A DNA stretch of 64,000 bases from an uncultured Rhodobacterales bacterium (GTDB lineage: Bacteria > Pseudomonadota > Alphaproteobacteria > Rhodobacterales > Rhodobacteraceae), in the NCBI GenBank assembly GCA_964602115.1, contig CAZRQN010000002.1, positions 248 to 64,247 on the forward strand, in the 5' to 3' direction. Both the position numbers and the translations under genes were made by a program. Below the pieces are notes generated by a model. It worked only from the letters and a program-made list of their open reading frames with translations, was not told where the DNA came from and did not search any database. This document shows, one piece after another, positions 47,742-58,118 of the stretch (the stretch's first letter is position 1; each line of letters starts with the position of its first letter).

Positions 47742-48641
47742 ATGTACGACAAATCTGACCCGCGGGCGCAATTGGCAACTCAGAGTGCCGGCGCTCCGAA
47801 AGCGGTCGAACTCTATGCGGCGGACTATAAGCGGTTCTACGAACATGCGCCCGCTGTCCAAAGCGACGTCGAGTGCACCTGGTTCACCAGCGGCGTCAAT
47901 GCCGTGATCAGCTATACCGAGGCCAAACCGAACTGTGTGCTTGAGCGTGGGGACCAGGCTGACGAATGGGCACTGCTGTTGCCGGATGTGCCGACCCGCG
48001 TCCGGATAACGGCGGGTGGCTCCGAGCAGGTCGTCGATGGCCACAGCCTGACCTTTGTCCCGCCGGGTCCGAGCAAGTTGGAGGTCCTCGCGCCGGGACG
48101 ATTGGTGCGCGTCTTTACCACCCAATCAAGGGACCTGGTGATGGCCGCAGGGGCAAAACGGGTTGGGAGCCGGCGGCCCGCTCAAATCCCGGAGTTCGCC
48201 CCTTGGCCGATCCCACCCGATGGCTACAAGATCCGCACCTACGCGCTGAATGTACCTGATGCCCCCGGTCGTTTTGGCAGGATTTGGCGCTGCACCACGT
48301 TGATGGTCAACGTCTTGGCGCCGACGATCGGTCCAAGGGACATCACCATGATGTCGCCTCATCACCATGACGAGTTCGAGCAGTACTCGCTGGCGCTGAA
48401 AGGGTCGTTCATCCATCACATGCGCTGGCCCTGGACCCCGGACATGCGGACCTGGCGCAACGACGACCATGAGTTCTGCGGCACGCCCTCCGTCGCCATA
48501 ATCCCGCCGCCTGCCATTCACACCACGCAAGCCGTCGATCCCGGCGTCAACGACTTGGTCGATATCTTCAGCCCTCCTCGCGAGGATTTCTCGAAGATGG
48601 CAGGCTGGGTCCTGAACGAGGCGGACTATCCAAATGCTTGA
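47742..48641 (+). CDS. Hypothetical protein, possibly cupin-fold
   Basis: The ATG follows GAGGGA. A His-rich stretch MMSPHHHDEFEQYSLALKGSFIHH resembles a cupin metal site. The assignment is weak. Confidence 0.45.
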   Translation: MYDKSDPRAQLATQSAGAPKAVELYAADYKRFYEHAPAVQSDVECTWFTSGVNAVISYTEAKPNCVLERGDQADEWALLLPDVPTRVRITAGGSEQVVDGHSLTFVPPGPSKLEVLAPGRLVRVFTTQSRDLVMAAGAKRVGSRRPAQIPEFAPWPIPPDGYKIRTYALNVPDAPGRFGRIWRCTTLMVNVLAPTIGPRDITMMSPHHHDEFEQYSLALKGSFIHHMRWPWTPDMRTWRNDDHEFCGTPSVAIIPPPAIHTTQAVDPGVNDLVDIFSPPREDFSKMAGWVLNEADYPNA

Positions 48642-48674
48642 CACATCGACACTCTTGTCCGTTCGGGGCGCAAG

Positions 48675-49442
48675 ATGAGCCCGAACTTCCGTGTGCGGTT
48701 CCAGTCTAGGCAGGCCCTGCTGGGCACCTTCATCAAGACGCCCACCCCGCAGGCGACGGAAATCCTGGGTCTGATCGGCTTTGATTTTGTCGTCGTCGAT
48801 GACGAACACGCAGCATTCAACCGTCTGGCCATCGACACGATCCTGCTTGGCGCGCGGGCCACAGCAATTTCTGCCCTCGTGCGCGTGGCAGAGGCTTCCC
48901 CGACGCGCATCCTGGCTGCGCTGGACGATGGCGCCGACGGTGTTGTCGTGCCCCATGTGAAGACACCCGAAATCGCCCGCGAGGTCGCCGCAGCCTGTCG
49001 TTATCGCGGGGGAAGCCGGGGCTATTCGAACTCACCACGGGCGGGGGGCTACGGTCAGTTTGACCTCGCTGATCATACCGCCCGGGCAGACGATCTTGTG
49101 ACTTGCGTCGGCATGATCGAGGATCCCGAAGCGTTGGCCCAGATCGACGAGATCGTGGCGGTCGAAGGCCTGCACGGCTTCTTCATCGGGCGCGGTGATC
49201 TTGCGGTCGCCATGGGCGCAAGTTCGATGTCGGACTCGAAAGTGACCGAATTTGCCGAGGCCGTTGTCGCTGCGGCCCGGCGCGTGGGCAAACCGTGCTG
49301 TCTCATGGTTGCCGACGCGGCCGAGGCCCAACGCTGGCACGCGATCGGAGCCTCTGCCTTCGTCATCTCTTCGGATCAGGGTTTGTTGCGCGCCGCTGCA
49401 ACCCGGGTCCGCGCCGAATTCTCCATCGCTCTGGCGACCTGA
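48675..49442 (+). CDS. HpcH/HpaI-family (class II 2-keto-3-deoxy-acid) aldolase
   Basis: The sequence GTFIKTPTPQATEILGLIGFDFVVVDDEHAAFN....RV......ILAALDDGADGVVVPHV matches the family pattern by eye. Confidence 0.8.
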   Translation: MSPNFRVRFQSRQALLGTFIKTPTPQATEILGLIGFDFVVVDDEHAAFNRLAIDTILLGARATAISALVRVAEASPTRILAALDDGADGVVVPHVKTPEIAREVAAACRYRGGSRGYSNSPRAGGYGQFDLADHTARADDLVTCVGMIEDPEALAQIDEIVAVEGLHGFFIGRGDLAVAMGASSMSDSKVTEFAEAVVAAARRVGKPCCLMVADAAEAQRWHAIGASAFVISSDQGLLRAAATRVRAEFSIALAT

Positions 49443-49609
49443 CCCATCCCTGCTCTGCCGCTTCCCTCAGGGCAGCAAGGCACTCATCTCAGGTATCCCA
49501 TGATCGAACACACCACGACCTGACCTGCTGCGGGATCCTTCCTCCGTCTGCAACTACAGCCCGCCCCAGGCAAGGGACGGACAAGGGAGCAAGAAGTTCG
49601 GACCGACGA

Positions 49610-49750
49610 GCAGATCACTGCTATCTTGCGGCAGGCCTCGGCCGTCTTCGCCCCTGCCCCCTTCTCTCGCAGAACCGCGATGATCCGCCCTTCGGTGACT
49701 TCGATCCCTTCATGGTCCGGTCCTTTCGCCGGGCCAGACTCTAGCTTCAG
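49610..49750 (-). pseudogene. IS3-family orfA 5' remnant (HTH_Tnp_1-like), frameshifted and truncated
   Basis: The minus strand reads MKGSK / VTEGRIIAVLREKGAGAKTAEACRK across two frames. This resembles IS407-group orfA (..FTEEQIIAVLRE.EAGAKTAEVCRK..). A TGA-type element end lies near 49750. Confidence 0.45.
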
Positions 49751-49815
49751 GTGGACGAGCTATCGGGGGTCACGGAAGCAAGTGCAGAGGAATACCTGAT
49801 TTGCGAAGCCGAACC

Positions 49816-50787
49816 CTATCCGGCGGCAGCGATTTCCGGTGAATGTAGATGGCATTCCACGCAGCGGCCGCCGACGACATGCGTGGCAGGCGTCGCGACG
49901 GCGCAGGTTTCGAATGCCTGCGGGCAGCGTGTGCGGAACCTGCAGCCTGACGGTGGCGCGAAGGGGCTGGGCAGGTCGCCCTTCAGCAGGGTCCGGGTCC
50001 TGACTCGCTCCTGCCGAGGGTCGATCCCGAGGATGGCCTGCGTCAGCGCCCCGGAATAGGGATGCCAGGGATCAGCATACAGCATCTCACTCGGGCCGCT
50101 TTCGACGATCCGGCCCAAGTACATCACGTTCACCCGTGCGCTCGCCTGCCGCACCACCGCGAGGTCATGCGCAATCAGCACGATGGCCAGCCCGAGTTCG
50201 TCCCTCAGGCGCAGGAATTCGTTCATCACCTGCGCCTTGAGCGAGGTGTCGAGCGACGAGACGGGCTCGTCGCAGATCAGCACCTTGGGATCGGCAAGGA
50301 GCGCGCGCGCGATGCAGACGCGCTGGCGCTGGCCCCCCGACAATTCGGTCGGCCGGCGTGTCAGGATGCCTGCAGGCAGGTTGGTGGCCGCAAGGACTTC
50401 CAGGACCCGCGCCTCGCGGGCTTTCACATTTCGTTCGCCCCGGATGATGAGCGCCTCGGTCAGCGATCCGCCAATGGTCTGGCGCGGTTCCAGCGCCGCG
50501 AGCGAATCCTGAAATACATATTGAATCCCGCGCCGCGCCTTGCGCTGTTCGCCGGGCCGCAAGGCGGTGATGTCCACGCCGCCAAAGACGATCCGCCCTG
50601 CGGCCGCGCTCTCCAGCCCAACGATCGCCCGGCCCAGCGTTGACTTGCCGCAGCCGGATTCGCCGACCAGCCCGACGATCTCGGCCTCGTTGACGGTCAG
50701 GGACACGCCATCGCAGGCGCGGTTGATCCGGCCAGTGTCAAGGTCACGGAACTCCACCGTCAGTTCGGCAACCTCAAGCAGCGGCAT
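49816..50787 (-). CDS. Peptide/opine-type ABC transporter ATP-binding protein (DppF/OppF-like)
   Basis: The start reads [13 protein letters not shown]. Walker A is GESGCGKST, the signature is LSGGQRQRVCIARA and Walker B is LICDEPVSSLD. The C-terminal oligopeptide-type extension contains Cys residues. Confidence 0.85.
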   Translation of the reverse strand: MPLLEVAELTVEFRDLDTGRINRACDGVSLTVNEAEIVGLVGESGCGKSTLGRAIVGLESAAAGRIVFGGVDITALRPGEQRKARRGIQYVFQDSLAALEPRQTIGGSLTEALIIRGERNVKAREARVLEVLAATNLPAGILTRRPTELSGGQRQRVCIARALLADPKVLICDEPVSSLDTSLKAQVMNEFLRLRDELGLAIVLIAHDLAVVRQASARVNVMYLGRIVESGPSEMLYADPWHPYSGALTQAILGIDPRQERVRTRTLLKGDLPSPFAPPSGCRFRTRCPQAFETCAVATPATHVVGGRCVECHLHSPEIAAAG

Positions 50788-51847
50788 TGCTGGCGGTCTC
50801 CTGCATGCGCGCGGCGGGGTTGGTGACGAGGCAGGCGGCCTGATGGATCGAGCCCGGCGCAATGGCCGCGAGGCTTGGCCGGAAGGCGGAACACGCGGGC
50901 TCGGCCAAGGCGCAGCGTGGAGCGAAGGCGCAACCGGACCCCGGACGGGACAGGTCGGGCGGGGCGCCGTTCAGGCCGGTGAATGGGCTTCCGACCGGTG
51001 CGTCGGGCGGCGGGACCGAGGCCAGAAGTGCCCGGGTATAGGGGTGATGCGGCGAAGTCAGAACCTGTTCGGCGCTGCCGCATTCGACGATCTCCCCGGC
51101 ATACATGACGGCCACCTGATCGGCGACATTGGCGACGACGCCGATGTCATGCGTGACAATCACCATGGCCATACCCAGACGGTCCTGAAGCGTCTTCAGC
51201 AGGTGCAGAATCTGAGCTTGGATCGTCACGTCCAGCGCGGTCGTCGGCTCATCCGCGATCAGCACCTTGGGCTCGCCCGCAAGGGCGATGGCGATCATCA
51301 CGCGCTGGCGCATCCCGCCGGACAGTTCGTGCGGATAAAGCCGCATCCGGCGTTCGGGCTCGGGGATGCCGACGAGGGTCAGAAGATCCGCCACCCGCCT
51401 GCGGGCGGCGGCGGCTTCAAGCCCCAGGCGGAGGGTCAGGATTTCTTCGATCTGGATGCCGATCCGCCGGTTCGGGTTCAGGGCGCTCAGCGGGTCCTGG
51501 AACACGACCCCGATCTCGCGCCCGCGGATCGCCATGAGCACGTCTTCCCTCGCGCCAACCAGTTCCCTCCCGGACAGGGTGACAGAGCCCCGGACATCGA
51601 CGCTGACCCCGGCGGGCATCAGGCCGAGAGGCGCCAGATTCATCACCGTCTTGCCGCTGCCGCTTTCCCCCACGAAGGCAAGCGTCTTGCCCGCCGGGAC
51701 AGAATAGCTGACCGAGGACACCGCCCGGACGGCTGCGGTTTCGGTGAAAAGAAGGATGGACAGGTCACTGACGCGCAACACCGCGTCCGTGGCGAAAGCC
51801 GTTGCGGGCCAATTTTTCCCGCCGGTGTCGATCATCGGCGCGCTCAT
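50774..51847 (-). CDS. Peptide/opine-type ABC transporter ATP-binding protein (DppD/OppD-like)
   Basis: The ATG overlaps the permease stop as ATGA. Walker A is GESGSGKTV, the signature is [14 protein letters not shown] and Walker B is [11 protein letters not shown]. Confidence 0.85.
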   Translation of the reverse strand: MSAPMIDTGGKNWPATAFATDAVLRVSDLSILLFTETAAVRAVSSVSYSVPAGKTLAFVGESGSGKTVMNLAPLGLMPAGVSVDVRGSVTLSGRELVGAREDVLMAIRGREIGVVFQDPLSALNPNRRIGIQIEEILTLRLGLEAAAARRRVADLLTLVGIPEPERRMRLYPHELSGGMRQRVMIAIALAGEPKVLIADEPTTALDVTIQAQILHLLKTLQDRLGMAMVIVTHDIGVVANVADQVAVMYAGEIVECGSAEQVLTSPHHPYTRALLASVPPPDAPVGSPFTGLNGAPPDLSRPGSGCAFAPRCALAEPACSAFRPSLAAIAPGSIHQAACLVTNPAARMQETASNAAA

Positions 51848-52731
51848 GCGGCCTGCGCCTGTTTTGCGATTTCGATCCGCTTGCGCAGCATGCGTGCCGA
51901 CATTGGTTTCGGCATGTTGAGCGCAGCCAGACGTTCGCCGAGATAATTGAAGCCCGCGACCGTCAGGGTCAGGGCTATGCCAGGCAGCAGAACCTGGCGC
52001 GGGCTTTCCTCCAGAAAGGGCATCGCATCGACAAACATCTCGCCCCATTCGGCCGTCGGGGGCTGGATGCCGAGGCCAAGGAAGCTGAGCGTCGCGATAG
52101 CCAGCGCCAGCACCCCGGCGTCGACCGAGGCATAGACGATGATCGAACGCAGCACCGAGGGCAGAAGATGCAGCCCGATCAGCCGTGCCCGCGAGGCGCC
52201 AAGCACCCAGAGGCTTTCGATATGCGGCTGGTGAATGTTGGCGGCAACGACGCCCCGGCTGATCCTTGCATAGACTGGCACCCAGGCGATGGTCAGGGCG
52301 GCGACCATGTTCCAGTAGCCCAGCCCGAAAATCCCGATCATCGCCAGCGCGACGATCAGAGCCGGAACGCTGAGCATGAAATCAATAAACCGCATCGCCA
52401 GCTCGTCGATCCAGCCGCCGACATAGCCCGAGATCACGCCGATGAAGACGCCGATGCTCATCGCGATGACGACAACGACGGCAACGGCCACAAGCGTGGT
52501 CTGGGCACCGGCGATCAGGCGGCTGAGCGTATCGCGCCCAAGGTGATCGGTGCCGAGCCAATGGGCCGCCGAGAAGGACTGGTTGGCGGCCATCAAGTCC
52601 TGCGCGGCCGGGCCGTAAGGCGTGAGCCGATGGGCGAAGAGGGCCAGAACAAGATCGATCGCGATGATGAGGAGGGCGAACCAGCCCAGACGGCGCCCGA
52701 AAGTGACCAGCGATTGGATATTGTCCGTCAC
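51844..52731 (-). CDS. ABC transporter permease (DppC-like)
   Basis: It has six TM segments and an N-terminal DppC-type motif (LGTDHLGRDTLSRL). Its start overlaps the upstream gene. Confidence 0.85.
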   Translation of the reverse strand: MTDNIQSLVTFGRRLGWFALLIIAIDLVLALFAHRLTPYGPAAQDLMAANQSFSAAHWLGTDHLGRDTLSRLIAGAQTTLVAVAVVVVIAMSIGVFIGVISGYVGGWIDELAMRFIDFMLSVPALIVALAMIGIFGLGYWNMVAALTIAWVPVYARISRGVVAANIHQPHIESLWVLGASRARLIGLHLLPSVLRSIIVYASVDAGVLALAIATLSFLGLGIQPPTAEWGEMFVDAMPFLEESPRQVLLPGIALTLTVAGFNYLGERLAALNMPKPMSARMLRKRIEIAKQAQAA

Positions 52732-53666
52732 GCCAGCCTCGCCAGACGTTGCTTGGGATCGATGCTCAGCGTGAGCAGATCGACGGCCAGATTGACCAGA
52801 ATGAAGAAAACACAGAAGACCAGCATGCAGGACTGTACGACCTGAAAATCGCGGAAGCGGACGGCTTCAAGGAAATAGGCTGCAAGGCCGGGCCAGGCGA
52901 AGATCGGCTCGATCACCAGCGCCGCCTGCACCATGAAGGCAAAATGCATGGCGAACGTGTTGATCGTCACCGGAAGCGCATTCGGCACCACATCGCGGAT
53001 CAGGATATGGCGGCGTGACATCCCCTTGCTGACCGATGTCACCACATACTGTTTCCCCATCTCCTCGGCCAATGCCACACGGGCGACGCGGCTGAGGATC
53101 GAACCGGGAATGATCCCGATGGCGATACAGGGCATCGTCCATGACAGGGGCCCCGAAAACCCATAGGTCGGCAGCCATTGCAGGGTGATGCCGAAGACGT
53201 AGATCAGAAGGGCGGCGACGAAGAACTTGGGGGCGGAAGCGCCAAACAGCGACAGGACGTGGATCGCATGATCGAAGGCTGAGCGGGGAAAGAGCGCGCC
53301 GAGAAATGCGAGACCGGCCCCCATGACCAGCGAGAAGAGGCCGCCTCCGATCAGCAGGATAACGGTCGGCACCGAACGCGAAACCAGCGCCGCGCCCACG
53401 TCTTCGCCCGAACGCAGGCTTTCGCCGAAATCGCCCTGCAGGGCCTTGCCGACCCAGGCGATATAGCGGACGGGCAGGGGGTCGTTCAGGTGATACTGGG
53501 CCTCGATCTGGCGGACGATTTCGTCCGAGACCGTCGCCGATCGCTTTTCAGCGATCAGCCGCGCGACGTTGCCGGGAAAGACCGAGACGATGGAGAAGCA
53601 AACGACCGAGGCCAGCGCCATCAGGATGAGCGCGCTGATCAATCGGCGGATCACCAATCGCCGCAT
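52728..53666 (-). CDS. ABC transporter permease (DppB-like)
   Basis: The N-terminus is MRRLVIRRLISALILM..., and the LNDPLPVRY motif is typical of DppB/OppB. Confidence 0.85.
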   Translation of the reverse strand: MRRLVIRRLISALILMALASVVCFSIVSVFPGNVARLIAEKRSATVSDEIVRQIEAQYHLNDPLPVRYIAWVGKALQGDFGESLRSGEDVGAALVSRSVPTVILLIGGGLFSLVMGAGLAFLGALFPRSAFDHAIHVLSLFGASAPKFFVAALLIYVFGITLQWLPTYGFSGPLSWTMPCIAIGIIPGSILSRVARVALAEEMGKQYVVTSVSKGMSRRHILIRDVVPNALPVTINTFAMHFAFMVQAALVIEPIFAWPGLAAYFLEAVRFRDFQVVQSCMLVFCVFFILVNLAVDLLTLSIDPKQRLARLA

Positions 53667-53671
53667 CGCGC

Positions 53672-55246
53672 TTACGCTAGGACCACGCCGACATCCGGCA
53701 TTTCGTATTCCGTGACCGGGAAGACAAAGGTCTTGACCTTGTCTGTATGAGCCCAGATGCGTTGCGCGTGATAGATCGGGACGATGGCGTGGTTCGCGGT
53801 CAGCCAGTCGTAAACCGCCTGATAGGCCGCATCGCGGCCGGCCTCGCCCGCATTCAGCGCTGCCGTGACCAAAGGATCGAGATTCTCTGCATCCACGAAC
53901 ATTCTGCCATCGGTGCCAGAGGTGAAGGTGCTCATGAAGTAGACCCCCAGCGTCCCGTGCGGATCGTAGGGCGCCCCCGCCGAGATGAACAAGGACATGT
54001 CGTATTTCATCTGCGGAATGTCATCGTGCCGCGACGCATGGTCAACCTGACGGATCGTCACCTCGAACCCGGCCTCGCCCATCTGGCTCTGCAAGACTTC
54101 GGCCAGAGAGCGCGATCCCGGCACGGCATCCTCTGACACCACGAGTTCCAGCGTCAGCGACACGCCCTCCTTCTGGCGCACCCCCTCGCCCGTCCAGCCT
54201 GCAGCCTCCAGCACCTGTTTGGCAGCCTCCACATCCCGAGCCGGGATCGGCTCCTTGCGGCCGGAATGGGCGACGCTGGGCGGGAAGAGGTTTGCAGTCG
54301 GGTCGGCATAGCCGTTCATCACCACCTGCGCGATGGCCGCACGGTCGACGCACAGCCCGGCCGCTTGGCGCACGGCCGGATCCTTGGTGATGTCGCGCAC
54401 CGGGTTGAAGCCAAGGACGATCGTGTCGGTCCCGGTATCGGTCAGCACCGTGATGCCGGGCGACTTCTTCAGCGTTTCGGCTTCTTGCGGCGTGATCTTC
54501 GACGCGAAACTGCCGCCCATCATGTCGATCTCGCCCGCCAGCATCGCCGCCACACGGCCGCGACCGTCCGGGATCACCGGGATCGACATGCGGTCATGCG
54601 CGGGCTTTTCGCCCCAGTAGAGATCATTGCGTACAAGTTCGGTGCCGCTGGCATCGCTTTTCTCCACGACCCAGCGTCCAGTGGCGACCGGCTTTTGATA
54701 GTTGCCGTCGGCATCTGCCGAAGCCGGGCTGAGGAAACGCATCGGCTGGATCGTGCTAAGCTCCACCATCGCAGGCGGGGCCGCCGTCTTCAGATTGATG
54801 GCAATCGTGTAGTCGTCCACCTTGGCCATGTCCTTGAATGCCGCCGAAACCGTCAGCCAGCTGTGGTCGTCCTTGCCGATCCAGTGCTCGAGGTTCCACA
54901 GAGCCGCATCGGCGTTGAAGGGCGTGCCATCGCTGAAGACGACATCCCTGCGCAGGTGGAACACATAGGACAGACCGTCCTCCGAGATGGTCCAGGATTC
55001 CGCCAGCGCCGGAACGATCTCGCCGCCCTGGGCATAGCGGACCAGCGGTTCGTAGATCAGCGACGAGATGACCCAGAGGCCGGTATATTTGTAGGGATTA
55101 AGCTCATCGGCCTCTTTCGCGGTCGGAACGCGCAGCGTACCGCTGCCTGCGCTCTGGGCAAGAACCCGACCGGAAGACGCGACATATGGCAAGGTTCCGG
55201 CGGCCAGAGCCTGCAGAAGAAAATCCCGTCGTGTGGAAGCGGTCAT
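53672..55246 (-). CDS. Family-5 (peptide/nickel/opine) ABC substrate-binding protein with a Tat-type signal
   Basis: The signal is MTASTRRDFLLQALAAG. The length of 524 aa and the sequence LIYEPLVRY...ALAESW fit the family. Confidence 0.85.
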   Translation of the reverse strand: MTASTRRDFLLQALAAGTLPYVASSGRVLAQSAGSGTLRVPTAKEADELNPYKYTGLWVISSLIYEPLVRYAQGGEIVPALAESWTISEDGLSYVFHLRRDVVFSDGTPFNADAALWNLEHWIGKDDHSWLTVSAAFKDMAKVDDYTIAINLKTAAPPAMVELSTIQPMRFLSPASADADGNYQKPVATGRWVVEKSDASGTELVRNDLYWGEKPAHDRMSIPVIPDGRGRVAAMLAGEIDMMGGSFASKITPQEAETLKKSPGITVLTDTGTDTIVLGFNPVRDITKDPAVRQAAGLCVDRAAIAQVVMNGYADPTANLFPPSVAHSGRKEPIPARDVEAAKQVLEAAGWTGEGVRQKEGVSLTLELVVSEDAVPGSRSLAEVLQSQMGEAGFEVTIRQVDHASRHDDIPQMKYDMSLFISAGAPYDPHGTLGVYFMSTFTSGTDGRMFVDAENLDPLVTAALNAGEAGRDAAYQAVYDWLTANHAIVPIYHAQRIWAHTDKVKTFVFPVTEYEMPDVGVVLA

Positions 55247-55457
55247 GTCGTGTCACCCCGGGTTGGCTTGCAGCTTATTCTATTGCCGTCCCGGAAACCC
55301 GCGGCGCGGCACTGTCTTTTGATGACGATAGTATGAACAAACCGCCCCGGATAATGCCGAAATATGCGGACTTTGGGGTGTTTGGTTATGAACTTGGCCT
55401 TGTCGCGGCCGGGGTCGGGGCAAGCGCCCTGACAGATCGACCGAAAGGGGAAACATG

Positions 55458-56606
55458 CTATGCGGTCAGCCGTTCGATCAGATCGAACAGTCGGGTGACA
55501 TCGGCTTCGTCGTTGTACACATGCGGAGTGATCCGCATCTTTGTGCCCCTTATCGTTACGAAGGCCTTGTTCTCTTTCAGGCGGGGCGCGAGTTCATCGT
55601 GGAACCTGTCGCCCAGTTCCACCACCGCGATATGGGGAGCTCGGAACCCGTGGAGGGGACCGCTGAAACCGCGTTGCTCAGCCTGGTCCCAGATCAGCCT
55701 GTTCAAATGGGTCAGCCGCTCATGCACCACTGGAACGCCCCACCCCTGCAGCAATTCCATGGACTTGATCGCCACCGGCAACACCGCGAAATCCGACCTC
55801 TCGCCCATGTCAAAGCGGCGGGCACCGGGCAGGTAATCCGGCATGGTTTCCAGGTAGAAATCCGAACGCTCGCCCCCTTTGCGGTTCCACGAATGAAATT
55901 CGAGAGGGCGGCCCTTGGCTTGCCATTTCTTGTCGGCATAGAGGAAGGCAAGGCGATAGGGGCCAAGCAGGAACTTGTAGGTGGCAAAGGACAGGAAATC
56001 CGGTCGCACACGGGCCACATCAAAAGGCACGGCCCCTACCCATTGAGTACCGTCCACAACCAAGGCGGCTCCCACCGCATGGGCGGCATCGGACACCGCC
56101 TGAATGTCCACGCTTGTGCCTTCAAACCAATGGACGATGGTGCCCGCCACCACCGAAACCGGGGCAGTCTGGCCACGAATAGCCGCGACCAGCGCTTCAC
56201 CCCAGGGCCGATCCGGCGCGCGCGGCACGGTGACAACCTGTGCGCCCTTCTGCGCGGCCAGTTCATACCAGGCATAGCGGTGCGAGGTATGTTCATTCGC
56301 CATCATCAGGATCACTGACCCTGCGGGCACCGGCACGTTCTGTGCGGCAAGCGCAATGCCATAGCTGGTGGCCGGAATGATCGCGATGTCATCCGCGCCG
56401 GCCCCGATGAAGTTTGCTGCCAGTTCGCGCGCCCGCTCCACCTCGTCATAGTAGTTGGCGATCGTCATGTCCCAGGGCGCCGCCTTGACCTGCGTGCCCT
56501 TGATCCCGGCTTCGGCTGCGGCCAGCGGGATGGGCGACATATAGGCCGCATCCAGATAGGTCACGTCATCCGGCATCGCGAAAAGATGGCGTTGGCTGGA
56601 CAGCAT
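55458..56606 (-). CDS. Class V aminotransferase-fold PLP-dependent enzyme
   Basis: The sequence is MLSSQRHLFAMPDDVTYLDAAYMSPIP... with FATYKFLLGP (candidate PLP Lys). The ORF extension up to 56783 overlaps the upstream gene and was rejected. Confidence 0.75.
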   Translation of the reverse strand: MLSSQRHLFAMPDDVTYLDAAYMSPIPLAAAEAGIKGTQVKAAPWDMTIANYYDEVERARELAANFIGAGADDIAIIPATSYGIALAAQNVPVPAGSVILMMANEHTSHRYAWYELAAQKGAQVVTVPRAPDRPWGEALVAAIRGQTAPVSVVAGTIVHWFEGTSVDIQAVSDAAHAVGAALVVDGTQWVGAVPFDVARVRPDFLSFATYKFLLGPYRLAFLYADKKWQAKGRPLEFHSWNRKGGERSDFYLETMPDYLPGARRFDMGERSDFAVLPVAIKSMELLQGWGVPVVHERLTHLNRLIWDQAEQRGFSGPLHGFRAPHIAVVELGDRFHDELAPRLKENKAFVTIRGTKMRITPHVYNDEADVTRLFDLIERLTA

Positions 56607-56613
56607 CGGGGCC

Positions 56614-57609
56614 TCACATGGAAACGAAGGTGCCAAGACCCGCAGCCCTGGCTTTTTCATAGACGAAGTTCGCCAGTTCGATGTCTTGCGCGGGCACCCC
56701 GAGCGAGCGGTAGAGCGTGATCTCGTCCATGGCGCTGCGACCGCGAACCACGCCGTTGAGCATTGCGCCGATCTCCCCCACAATGCGGGAGCGGTCGATG
56801 ATCCCTTTCTGAAGCGGCTCGAAAATATCGGAGGCGGCCGTCATCGCCATCGGCATATGGTCCACCCAGATGGACGACCGCATCACGCAAGCAAGGTCGA
56901 TCTCCTGGAGCGCGGCAATGCTGGCCCCGACTGCGTTGATGTGTGTGCCAGGCGTCAGCCATTCGCCCATCAATACAGGCCGGGCTGCCGAGGTGACGGT
57001 ACAGACGATATCGGCCCCCTCAACCGCAGCGCTTGCGGTTGGCATGGCTACTGCGGCAAAGCCCTTGGCCTGTTGCGCATCGGCGAAAGCCCGGGCTTTC
57101 TGCGGGTCACGCCCCCAGACGCGCACTCTTGAAATCGGTCGCACCAGAGAAATCGACGCGATGTGCCGCGCCGCCTGTTCGCCATAGCCGATCAGGGCCA
57201 GTTCGCCAGCACCGTCGCGGGACAGGGCGCGCGTCGCCACGGCACTTGCAGCGGGCGTGCGCAGGCCGGTTATGGCACCGGCATTGATCAGGGCAACCGG
57301 ACGGCCGTTATCCTTGTCAAACAACAGGACGCCGCCCTGATGCGACGGCATTCCGCGCTCAAAGTTGTGCGGATAGACGGCCTGCACCTTGGCCCCGAAA
57401 TTCTGCCGGTCGTCCAATGAAGCATACATCAGCGACAAGCAGGTTCCGGCCTCTCCTGGCAGGCCAAGAGTGCGCCGGATATCCTGATGGGCCACCCCGG
57501 CGGACGTTTTTCTCAGTGCCGCTTCGGCCTGTTCCAGCGCCTCGGCCGGGCCGACTAGCGCCTCGACAGTGGGCCCGTCTATGACCAGCAGCCCCGATGT
57601 CTGCACCAT
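56614..57609 (-). CDS. Ornithine cyclodeaminase / mu-crystallin family protein
   Basis: The Rossmann segment is LALIGYGEQAARHI. The motifs ITGLRTPAASAVA, INAVGA and SLGVPAQDI are also present. Confidence 0.8.
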   Translation of the reverse strand: MVQTSGLLVIDGPTVEALVGPAEALEQAEAALRKTSAGVAHQDIRRTLGLPGEAGTCLSLMYASLDDRQNFGAKVQAVYPHNFERGMPSHQGGVLLFDKDNGRPVALINAGAITGLRTPAASAVATRALSRDGAGELALIGYGEQAARHIASISLVRPISRVRVWGRDPQKARAFADAQQAKGFAAVAMPTASAAVEGADIVCTVTSAARPVLMGEWLTPGTHINAVGASIAALQEIDLACVMRSSIWVDHMPMAMTAASDIFEPLQKGIIDRSRIVGEIGAMLNGVVRGRSAMDEITLYRSLGVPAQDIELANFVYEKARAAGLGTFVSM

Positions 57610-57764
57610 TTGCCCCTGTTTCCCGGCGCCGAACCTAGCACCGGACATTGGCCCCCGGGTGAAGGAAGTTGATAACTATTGGCTGGCAACCCAATGGGCC
57701 GGGTTATTTGACCGGCGGTGCGGGTCCCGGGCAAAAGCACCAAATCCGTAACTCAGGACCTACC

Positions 57765-58118
57765 GTGACAATCCAGCGCATTGCCAGAACCGAACGCCTC
57801 AGCAGGGTCGTTGTTCATGGCAGCACCGCCTATTTCTCGGGCCTTACGGCGGCTGACCGGAGCCAGGGCGCAACCGGCCAAACCCGACAGATACTGGCCA
57901 AGGCGAATGAATATCTCACCCAGATCGGATCGGACCGGTCGCTGATCCTGAGTGCAACGGTCTGGCTGCGCGACATGGCGGATTTTGACGCGATGAATGC
58001 AGCCTGGCTGGAATGGGTGGACCCGGTCGAGCTTCCCGCCCGCGCCACGGTTCAGGCCGTTTTGGGCCTTCCGGATATTCTGGTCGAGATTCAGTTCACT
58101 GCGGCCCTGCCGTCTTAG
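57765..58118 (+). CDS. RidA/YjgF/UK114-family protein
   Basis: It has a GTG start and a 117-aa product: VVVHGSTAYFSGLTA...QTRQILAKANEYL...GSDRSLILSATVWLRDMADFDAMNAAW....PARATVQA.L....LVEIQFTA. Confidence 0.75.
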   Translation: MTIQRIARTERLSRVVVHGSTAYFSGLTAADRSQGATGQTRQILAKANEYLTQIGSDRSLILSATVWLRDMADFDAMNAAWLEWVDPVELPARATVQAVLGLPDILVEIQFTAALPS

